Positions 26,862-34,803 of a stretch of DNA of 36,318 nucleotides are shown in pieces. The first letter of the stretch is position 1. The number at the start of each line of letters is the position of its first letter. The notes beneath the pieces were generated by a model. That model made no database searches, was not told the DNA's origin, and was given only the letters and a program-made list of their open reading frames with translations. Source of the DNA: a virus (Duplodnaviria > Caudoviricetes); IMG/VR virus record IMGVR_UViG_3300020194_001587, positions 1 through 36,318 of that record. One strand, given 5' to 3'. The position numbers and the translations under genes were made by a program.

Positions 26862-27035
26862 ATGATACAGAGTGTAGAAAAACAATATAATTTGTTAAAT
26901 ATAGTAGATACTTATAAAGTGATTTTAACTAATGGGGAAATTTTATTTGTTCCTCACAATGAAGCAAACCGACACTACCAAGAGATATTAGAATGGGTTG
27001 AAAACGGTGGCGTTATAGTAGATAATGGAGCGTAA
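26862..27035 (+). CDS. 57-aa fibre-associated protein (not in ORF track)
   Basis: MIQSVEKQ...VPHNEANRHYQEILEWVENGG; GGAG RBS. Confidence 0.65.
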   Translation: MIQSVEKQYNLLNIVDTYKVILTNGEILFVPHNEANRHYQEILEWVENGGVIVDNGA

Positions 27036-27037
27036 TT

Positions 27038-28009
27038 ATGGCATCAACATATTCAGATAGACTTAAACTCGAACTTCAAGGAACAGGCGAAAACGCCGGT
27101 ACTTGGGGTGATAAGACGAATAATAACCTCGACGTAGTCGATGCTTTTGTTGCGGGATATTTGTCCAAAGACGTTGGGGGGAGCTCTAATGTAACCCTGA
27201 CCACGGCCAACGCATCGTCAACAGCCGAAGCTTCTAACAAAGTTATTGAGTTAACAGGAACACTGACTGGTAATATTACCGTCTTTATCCCTGCTAAAGA
27301 AAACAACTATTTTATTTATAATAACACATCAGGTTCCTACACTGTCAATGTAGCAGCGACAGGTCATGGTGCTAACAGTGCCACGATCGCTCAAGGTGCT
27401 AAGACTTTAGTGTATTGTACTTCCGATAATGTTGAAGATATTTTTGGTGATGATATTAATGTCACAGGAAATGTTTCTGCTTCTTATTTCATCGGTGACG
27501 GATCAAGTTTAACGAACATTGAACCTTTTGATTCAGGTACTTTAATGCTATTCCAACAAACCACTGCTCCCACAGGTTGGACTAAACAAACAACACATGA
27601 CAACAAAGCACTACGTGTTGTCACAGGTACAGCCAGTTCAGGTGGTAGTAATACTTTCTCTGGTGTCTTTAATACAGCTGTTGCTGTTTCAGGCACATCA
27701 AACAACTCCACCGTCACTATTTCAGGTTCGACCGCAGGTCATACCTTGAGTTTATCTGAAATACCATCTCACCGTCACTTAGAAGGTGGGCATGTAGAAT
27801 TTGGTACAGGTGATAGTGTATCAGCAGGAGTAAGAAATACAGGAAACGATAGCGGTGCGAGAAGATATTATACTGATTATCAAGGTGGAGGCGGATCACA
27901 CTCTCACAGTGCGGGCACCTTAGCAGGTGACAACCACTCACACACATACACCAGTGACTTAGAACTTAATGTTCAATACGTAGATTTAATTATTGCCGCC
28001 AAAGATTAA
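27038..28009 (+). CDS. tail fibre / collar-domain protein
   Basis: GENAGTWG..TN.NL N-terminus; APTGW, HTLSLSEIPSH.H and HSH repeats. Confidence 0.7.
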   Translation: MASTYSDRLKLELQGTGENAGTWGDKTNNNLDVVDAFVAGYLSKDVGGSSNVTLTTANASSTAEASNKVIELTGTLTGNITVFIPAKENNYFIYNNTSGSYTVNVAATGHGANSATIAQGAKTLVYCTSDNVEDIFGDDINVTGNVSASYFIGDGSSLTNIEPFDSGTLMLFQQTTAPTGWTKQTTHDNKALRVVTGTASSGGSNTFSGVFNTAVAVSGTSNNSTVTISGSTAGHTLSLSEIPSHRHLEGGHVEFGTGDSVSAGVRNTGNDSGARRYYTDYQGGGGSHSHSAGTLAGDNHSHTYTSDLELNVQYVDLIIAAKD

Positions 28010-28011
28010 TT

Positions 28012-28305
28012 TTGAAAATAGAAGTTAAAGACAACTGTCCTCTCAACAATTTTAAACCTTGTAAAAAATTTGATTGTGCTTGGTTTATTCAAATCAGAGG
28101 AAAACATCCACAAACAGGAGCAGACGTTGATGAATATGGTTGTGCCATGGCGATGATGCCTTTGCTTATGATTGAGAATTCACGGCAAACGAATCAAGCA
28201 GGAGCTGCGATAGAAAGTTTTAGAAATGAAATGGTCAAAGCCAATATGGCCACATTAACAGGATTAATGAAAGGTATGGAAAATAAAAAACTAAGAAAGG
28301 ACTAA
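28012..28305 (+). CDS. conserved Cys-containing hypothetical protein
   Basis: TTG start; CPL..C..CAWF..CA..P.L.IENS. Confidence 0.6.
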   Translation: MKIEVKDNCPLNNFKPCKKFDCAWFIQIRGKHPQTGADVDEYGCAMAMMPLLMIENSRQTNQAGAAIESFRNEMVKANMATLTGLMKGMENKKLRKD

Positions 28306-28308
28306 TAG

Positions 28309-29154
28309 ATGTTAGAAGGCGATTTGAAAGACAAGGGAATAAAAATATATTTAGGCATGCCGATGTATGGCGGAATGCTAACAGAAAACACTGTTCATGG
28401 TTTATTAGGCTTACAAACCTGGTGTCAAAAAAGTGGTGTTGAAATGAAATTACAGACGATGGGCAATGAGTCCTTAATTACTCGTGCTCGAAATACTATT
28501 GTCTCGATGTTCTTAGACGATACTAAATATATTGGTACTCATTTATTATTTATTGATGCTGATATTGGATTTGAACCAGCTAATGTAGAGAGATTAATCC
28601 GTGCCGATAAAGATATTGCTTGTGGTATTTATCCACGTAAATGTGTGCACTGGGATCAAGTTATTAATGCTGTTAAGGCAAATCCAAATATTTCAGAAGA
28701 AGAAATATCTTATCGAGCACTGGGGTATAATCTTAATTTTGAAGACCCTCAACATGTTCAATTACAAAATGGTTTTTGTGAGGTAATGGAAGCGGCGACA
28801 GGAATGATGCTAATTAAAAGAGATGTCTTTAGAAAAATGCGAAAAGCATATCCTGAGCGAAAATACAAATCCGATCAAATCATTAATGGTAAGCGATTTA
28901 GTTCGGATAATTGTTATGATTTCTTCGGTGTCGGTAAATTAGAATGGGATAAGGCAGAACGCTACCTCAGTGAGGATTATTATTTCTCTAGACTATGGCG
29001 TAAGATCGATGGTAAGATATGGGCGGATGTTTCCATGCCTTTAAATCATCAAGGAACAACGATATTTAAAGGTCATGTAGGAACCATGTTTAGCAAAGCC
29101 AATGACACTAACAAAGATACAACTCAAACCGGGAATTCAAAAACAGACCAGTGA
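28309..29154 (+). CDS. GT-A fold glycosyltransferase-like protein
   Basis: ESLITRARN, THLLFIDADI (DxD), TGMMLIKR and YLSEDYYF motifs. Confidence 0.75.
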   Translation: MLEGDLKDKGIKIYLGMPMYGGMLTENTVHGLLGLQTWCQKSGVEMKLQTMGNESLITRARNTIVSMFLDDTKYIGTHLLFIDADIGFEPANVERLIRADKDIACGIYPRKCVHWDQVINAVKANPNISEEEISYRALGYNLNFEDPQHVQLQNGFCEVMEAATGMMLIKRDVFRKMRKAYPERKYKSDQIINGKRFSSDNCYDFFGVGKLEWDKAERYLSEDYYFSRLWRKIDGKIWADVSMPLNHQGTTIFKGHVGTMFSKANDTNKDTTQTGNSKTDQ

Positions 29155-30976
29155 TCTAGGTGCATCTGGTGGTTATGTAGATTCAGACAATGTTCGTTTT
29201 CGATATGGTCTGCCAGAAAAGATTGGCGGTTGGGAAGAGACACAAGATTATAAATTAATTGGTGTGGCTCGTGATGCTCATAACTGGGTAGCACTAGACG
29301 GCACACGATTATCTGCTGTAGGCACCGATAAAAAGCTCTACGTCTTTGCTAATGATATCTTCTATGATATCACTCCGATTAGACAAACCAATTCTGCAGT
29401 AACCAGTATCTTTACAACAACAACAGGCTCAGCAAACGTCACCGTTAGTGTGAATGGTCATGGTGCCAATGAAGGAGATATTGTTACTTTTTCTAGTACA
29501 GGTAGCTTAGATATAACGAATACAAGTTTTACAACAGCTGACTTTGATCGTAGTTTTGAAGTTAAGTCTGTAACAAATACCAATGCCTTTGTTATTGAAC
29601 AAGATACAACGGAAGCCAGTGCAGGAATCACGGCCAACGGAACATCGACCGCTACTTTTGATATTAACGTAGGTCCTGCTTTTTCAACATTTGGTTATGG
29701 TTTTGGTACTTATACCTGGGGATCTTCAACTTGGGGAACTGCTCGACCAACCTCTAATGTTGTTTTAGATGGACGAGATTGGTCACTTGATAACTTTGGT
29801 GAGAACTTAATTGCGACCGTTCTTAATGGAGCCACCTATCAATGGTCTCCTACTAATGATACATTATCCGGTAGAGCAAGTTTAGTTGCCAATGCACCTA
29901 CAACTTCTAAGTTTTCTTTAGTCTCTACCCCTGATCGACATTTGGTTTTATTCGGAACAGAGAAAACTATTAGCACTGCAAGTTCACAAGATCCTTTATT
30001 ATTACGTTTCTCTTCTCAAGAAGATATTAACACTTATGAACCTAAAGCAGAAAACACTGCAGGCTCACTGCGTATTCAAGACGGTTCTACTATTGTAGGA
30101 GCCGATAAGGCAAGAGGTGCTATTTTAGTTTGGACAGATACTTCCTTACACGCAATGCAGTTTATTGGTCCTCCTTTTACTTTTGGACTTAATCAATTAG
30201 GTAAAAACTGTGGACTCTTAGGACAACACGCTGCTGTTGTTGTGCGAGATGTTGCTTATTGGATGGGGCAAAATGCATTCTTCGCTTTTGATGGTACCGT
30301 GAAAAAATTACCCTGTACTGTTGATGATTTTGTATTTGAAAACCTAGATTTAACACAAACAGATCAAATCTTTGCGGGCGTCAATACAGAATTTGCAGAG
30401 ATTATTTGGTTCTATGTAACCAATCCAGATAACATAGCACAACCACAAGTTAATAGATGTGTTGTTTATAATTATTTAGAACAGTCGTGGTATGTGGGTT
30501 CAATGAGTAGAACGACTTGGGTTGATCGAGGTGTGTTTCAAAATCCTTTGGCTACAGAATATTTAACTAACACCGCTTCTAATACAACACCTACTGTTAT
30601 TGGATTATCTAATGGAGCATCAAATCACTACAAACAAGAGTTTGGAACTGATGCTAATGGTTCTTCTATTCAAGCTTTTATTCAATCGGGAGATTTTAAT
30701 ATTGATGAAGGTGGAGAACAATTGATGCGTATTGCAAGATTTATTCCTGACTTTAGAGAACAATCGGGAGATTTAAATATGACTTGGAGCTTTAAGAATT
30801 ATCCTTATGGTAATGTGATTAGTCAAACAAATTCAACTGTAACAACGACAGATACAAAAAAAGATATTCGTGGTCGTGGAAGACAAGCTAATTTTAAAAT
30901 AGAATCTGATTCTGTTGGTGGTAATTTTAAAATGGGTACCTTTACTATTGATGCTTTTCCTGACGGTGGTCGATAA
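29102..30976 (+). CDS. tail nozzle/stabilisation protein (P22 gp10 / T7 gp12-like)
   Basis: 624 aa, beta-propeller-like (WSLDNFGE, RFSSQED, VYNYLEQSW); lies before the ejection genes. Confidence 0.7.
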   Translation: MTLTKIQLKPGIQKQTSDLGASGGYVDSDNVRFRYGLPEKIGGWEETQDYKLIGVARDAHNWVALDGTRLSAVGTDKKLYVFANDIFYDITPIRQTNSAVTSIFTTTTGSANVTVSVNGHGANEGDIVTFSSTGSLDITNTSFTTADFDRSFEVKSVTNTNAFVIEQDTTEASAGITANGTSTATFDINVGPAFSTFGYGFGTYTWGSSTWGTARPTSNVVLDGRDWSLDNFGENLIATVLNGATYQWSPTNDTLSGRASLVANAPTTSKFSLVSTPDRHLVLFGTEKTISTASSQDPLLLRFSSQEDINTYEPKAENTAGSLRIQDGSTIVGADKARGAILVWTDTSLHAMQFIGPPFTFGLNQLGKNCGLLGQHAAVVVRDVAYWMGQNAFFAFDGTVKKLPCTVDDFVFENLDLTQTDQIFAGVNTEFAEIIWFYVTNPDNIAQPQVNRCVVYNYLEQSWYVGSMSRTTWVDRGVFQNPLATEYLTNTASNTTPTVIGLSNGASNHYKQEFGTDANGSSIQAFIQSGDFNIDEGGEQLMRIARFIPDFREQSGDLNMTWSFKNYPYGNVISQTNSTVTTTDTKKDIRGRGRQANFKIESDSVGGNFKMGTFTIDAFPDGGR

Positions 30977-31161
30977 TGGCAAAAATACCTCAAACGAGAT
31001 TTCCCGATCCACCCGAACAGTATGATCCTAGAGCATTTGCAGAACTTATTCGACAATTAGAACAAATTGTGCTACAGCTAAATTCAAGTTATCAGCAAGA
31101 CAATGCTGACGAACAAACAAGAAGAGCATGGTTTTTTAGTGGGAGTGCGACAACAACTTAA
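30976..31161 (+). CDS. small tail protein
   Basis: TAATG coupling; P..P.QYD followed by a helix. Confidence 0.65.
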   Translation: MAKIPQTRFPDPPEQYDPRAFAELIRQLEQIVLQLNSSYQQDNADEQTRRAWFFSGSATTT

Positions 31162-31529
31162 TGGCAGACGTATTTAAAAACTTTACAGGTATTCTAGACA
31201 CAACAGCAAACGCTACTATATTTACCGTACCCGTGGCCAATGTAGCTGCAACGCCCCCTATTCCTGCTACAACCTATGTTGCTAAAACATTTTTCATTGT
31301 TCACGAAGCAGTGACCAACCCTAAAACTCTGGTTAGCGCCTATCATTACGATGCTAGTGAAGATCAAACAATTGCATTTGCTGCCGAAGTATCAGCGGGC
31401 GTGGCTTTAAATTTATTTCAAAATGGAGTCTATGTGTTTGAAGCAGGAGATCAATTAATTGTTAATGCTAACATAGCTAACAACATAAATTGGTCAGTTT
31501 CCTTGCTTGAAATAAAGGGACAACAATAG
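31161..31529 (+). CDS. small beta-rich tail protein
   Basis: VFEAGDQL...SLLEI. Confidence 0.65.
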   Translation: MADVFKNFTGILDTTANATIFTVPVANVAATPPIPATTYVAKTFFIVHEAVTNPKTLVSAYHYDASEDQTIAFAAEVSAGVALNLFQNGVYVFEAGDQLIVNANIANNINWSVSLLEIKGQQ

Positions 31530-31546
31530 TACAAATAAAGGTTAAT

Positions 31547-31801
31547 ATGCATAAAATAGTCGATGAACCAAAAATTCTAGGATACAGGGAGATCAACGGT
31601 GAACAAGTACCTATCTATAGCTGTAAGACAGAAACTGTTATTACGAATACACGAACTGGTACAACTTACGAGTCAGAAGATCATTGTTCTGCTGACGTTA
31701 CTGATCCTAACACCGATACTACCGATGCTGATATTAAGCGAGATGTTACAATCTTTGCACCACGATTGGCGAATCTGGGTGCGGTCAATAAAAAGGAATA
31801 A
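31547..31801 (+). CDS. hypothetical protein
   Basis: AAGG upstream; fills the gap in the operon. Confidence 0.65.
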   Translation: MHKIVDEPKILGYREINGEQVPIYSCKTETVITNTRTGTTYESEDHCSADVTDPNTDTTDADIKRDVTIFAPRLANLGAVNKKE

Positions 31802-31804
31802 TAA

Positions 31805-32650
31805 ATGTTAAAAAAGATTCTACCCGCAGTCACTGGTGCAATCGGGTTCGCTATTGGTGGACCGATGGGAGCATCCATTGGTGCAGGATTAGGATCTGCA
31901 ATCAGAGGAGACAATCCTGCGAACATTGCAACTTCTGCTTTAATGGGTTTTGGTTTAGGAAGTTTTGCTACAAGTGCAGGTTTATTTGGGACAGCAGCCC
32001 CAGCTTCTCAGTTTGGAGGAACGACAGCTTCTAGCGCTATTAAAGAAGCTCAAACTGTTGAACAATTAAAAGCAGCTTTAGGAGGAGATCCTACTAAAAA
32101 TTTAGCAAAAATGTCAGCACGTGAAGCTTTAGGGCAACCGAGTGTTTTTCAAAGGGGAGCAGAAGCTTTTGGAGGAATGAGCACTTTAGCAAAAGGTGCC
32201 TTAGGATTAGGCGCTATCGGTGCATTAAGTTCCATAAAAGAAGACGAAGATGAAGTAACTCCTATAGAAGGTCCACCAGAACCAGGTAGTGTCATGCCTT
32301 TAGATTTAAGAATGCCAGATGTTGCTTATGCAACTGAGTATGGTTCAGCTACTCCAACATATAGAAGTTTAGCTGAAGGTGGAGATGTTATTGATACAGA
32401 GTCAAGATCTCTTAATGATGTGGTTAACAACTTCCCTCGTAAAGTAGGACAGATCGACGGACCAGGGACAGAGAAATCTGATGACATCCCTGCAATGTTA
32501 AGTGATGGTGAATTTGTGATGACGGCTCAAGCCGTGAGAGGACTTGGGGCATTGAATGGTGCAAATAAAGATGATACGTTAGAACAGCGTCGCAAAGGTG
32601 CCAAAATGATGTATGAAATGATGGATAAATTTGAAAGCAAGGTAGCATAA
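31805..32650 (+). CDS. putative DNA-ejection/internal virion protein
   Basis: Gly/Ala-rich hydrophobic N-terminus; GPGTEKSDDIPAMLSDGEFV motif. Confidence 0.65.
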   Translation: MLKKILPAVTGAIGFAIGGPMGASIGAGLGSAIRGDNPANIATSALMGFGLGSFATSAGLFGTAAPASQFGGTTASSAIKEAQTVEQLKAALGGDPTKNLAKMSAREALGQPSVFQRGAEAFGGMSTLAKGALGLGAIGALSSIKEDEDEVTPIEGPPEPGSVMPLDLRMPDVAYATEYGSATPTYRSLAEGGDVIDTESRSLNDVVNNFPRKVGQIDGPGTEKSDDIPAMLSDGEFVMTAQAVRGLGALNGANKDDTLEQRRKGAKMMYEMMDKFESKVA

Positions 32651-32651
32651 T

Positions 32652-33626
32652 ATGGCAGAAGAGATTGTACAATATCAACGACAAGCTCCCTTCATTGAAG
32701 AGAGAGCGGAACAATTATTAGCATCCGTAATGGGTGTACCTTTAGCACCAGGGGAAACACCTCCTCCTCAATTAGAAGGAGAGACCGATGAACAATATCA
32801 ATTAAGATTAAAAGGTTTAGCAGGTATTTCACAAGCAGTCCCTGCAAAAGAAGTTGCTCCTTTAGAGCAAGCACAATTAACAGCGATTCAAGAAGCTCAA
32901 TCAGGCTTAGGTGCGTATCAACCATTTTTACAACAAGCACAGCAAACTATCGGTGCAGGACTTGGGGCCATTGGTGCCGGAGTTACAACATTGGATCCTT
33001 CTCAAGTCGGAACATATATGGATCCCTATCAACAACAAGTAACACAACAGGCTTTAGCAGAACTACAAAGACAAGCAGATATTCAATCGCAGAGAACTGC
33101 AGCGGAAGGCGTAGCTGCGGGAGCTTTTGGAGGAGCAAGATTCGGTGTCCGTGAAGCGGAAGAAGCGAGAAATTTAGCACAGGTTAAATCTCAAAGAATT
33201 TTTGAAGACTTATCACGAAACTATTTACAAGCACAAGCCGCTCAAAGAGCAACCGCACAACAATTAGGGCAACTCGGAACACAAACTTTAGGTGTTGCTC
33301 AAGCACAAGTTGGTTTAGGAGAAGCCGGTCAAAGATTATCTGGTGTTGATATTAACAGATTATTAAGTGTGGGTGGTATTCAACAGCAACAACAACAAAA
33401 TATTTTAGAGGCTCAAAGACAAACAGAGTTAGCTAGGCAACAAGAACCTTTTAAAAGAGCAGGATTTGCTTCTGATATTCTACGAGGTGTTCCCACATCA
33501 CAAATTCAATATACACAACAGCCTTCTCCCTCACTTTTACAACAAGTAGCAGGGTTAGGGATTGCTGGACTAAGTACCTTAGGTGCTTTAGGGGGAGCGG
33601 GCGGTATTAGTTCGTTAATAGGATAA
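32652..33626 (+). CDS. putative DNA transfer (pilot) protein
   Basis: Gln/Ala-rich helices, YMDPY, GAFGGAR and a hydrophobic Gly-rich C-terminus. Confidence 0.7.
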   Translation: MAEEIVQYQRQAPFIEERAEQLLASVMGVPLAPGETPPPQLEGETDEQYQLRLKGLAGISQAVPAKEVAPLEQAQLTAIQEAQSGLGAYQPFLQQAQQTIGAGLGAIGAGVTTLDPSQVGTYMDPYQQQVTQQALAELQRQADIQSQRTAAEGVAAGAFGGARFGVREAEEARNLAQVKSQRIFEDLSRNYLQAQAAQRATAQQLGQLGTQTLGVAQAQVGLGEAGQRLSGVDINRLLSVGGIQQQQQQNILEAQRQTELARQQEPFKRAGFASDILRGVPTSQIQYTQQPSPSLLQQVAGLGIAGLSTLGALGGAGGISSLIG

Positions 33627-34795
33627 TGGCTATATTAGATAGACCCATGTTCCAGCGCCCACTGACCAAGGACCAATTACGTGCTTATGGTATCCCAGCT
33701 TTTGCTAATGGTGGTATCGTGGTTCAAAAGTTTGCTAACGGAAGAGAAGTTACTATTCCTCCAGGGTATCAATATGATGATAAAGCACTTGGTCAAACAA
33801 CAGGTTCTCCTACAGCAATGGAGACGGTTATGGATCCTAAAAGTTATACACCTATGGTTGAGAAATATGCTAAAAAAGGAGTAACTAATTTAGAAGGTCG
33901 AATTGCTACTCTAGAAAGAATTATTGCTAATCCTGAATATTATGGGGAAGATAAAGTTGCTGAAGCACAAGCAGAACTTCCAAAATTAAAAGCAGAGTTA
34001 GCTGAAAGAAAAGCAACTACAGGTTCAGAGGAACAAAAAATAGAAGCTACTTCAACTCCCGTACCAGAAGATATTAAGAAGGCAAAAACAACTACGGAAT
34101 TAAAAGAAGCTATCTTAAAAGGAAAAGGTCCAGGGCAAGATGAAATCATTGAAGAAAAGACAACAAGTGTTACCGATACTCTTGGAGCACCAGAAAAAGA
34201 AAGACTTTCTGATTTAGAATCTTTAGTGAGAGAGCGTTCTGATTTATATAAAAAGATTTTAGGGGATCCTAGGGAAGGGTTAAAACAACAAGGTCTATTA
34301 CAGCTAGCACAATTTGGTTTGAATTTAGCTTCTGCTAAAGGCGGAAACTTTGCTGAGAAGATTGCTAATTCAGCTAAAGATCCATTGCAAGCTTTTGCAA
34401 CTCTAGGTAGAGAAGCAATGAAAGATGAAAGAGCGATTGATATGATAGCTATTAAAGGTGCTGAAGAAGAACTAGGTAGAACTCAGAAGCCAGGAACCTT
34501 TGGTCAATTAGTACAAGACCTTATAAACAGTAAAGGACTTAGTCCAGAAAAAGCAGCTGAGGAAGCAACTAGAATATACGAACAAAAATCTGGGAAAACT
34601 ATCGCTGAGATGAAAGACGAAAGGTATTCAGAACTGTTAGTTCTTTATGAAAAAGAACTTGGTGTAGTTAATGACGCTATTGAGGCGGCTGACGCTCAAA
34701 TTAAAAAAGAATTTGGAACAGGAATGTTCCTAGAACAAGATTCAACAACTACAACCACCCCAACAAATACAGAAGAAGTAATTAAAATAGATTAG
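33626..34795 (+). CDS. putative internal virion/ejection protein
   Basis: Helical and charged; FANGG motif; position in the module. Confidence 0.6.
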   Translation: MAILDRPMFQRPLTKDQLRAYGIPAFANGGIVVQKFANGREVTIPPGYQYDDKALGQTTGSPTAMETVMDPKSYTPMVEKYAKKGVTNLEGRIATLERIIANPEYYGEDKVAEAQAELPKLKAELAERKATTGSEEQKIEATSTPVPEDIKKAKTTTELKEAILKGKGPGQDEIIEEKTTSVTDTLGAPEKERLSDLESLVRERSDLYKKILGDPREGLKQQGLLQLAQFGLNLASAKGGNFAEKIANSAKDPLQAFATLGREAMKDERAIDMIAIKGAEEELGRTQKPGTFGQLVQDLINSKGLSPEKAAEEATRIYEQKSGKTIAEMKDERYSELLVLYEKELGVVNDAIEAADAQIKKEFGTGMFLEQDSTTTTTPTNTEEVIKID

Positions 34796-34803
34796 GAGGT
34801 CAC

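Noticed and set aside
18784-27035. Diversity-generating retroelement or invertase shufflon
   Set aside because: No reverse transcriptase or recombinase, no ~100-bp near-identical TR/VR pair noticed, and all cassettes lie on one strand.
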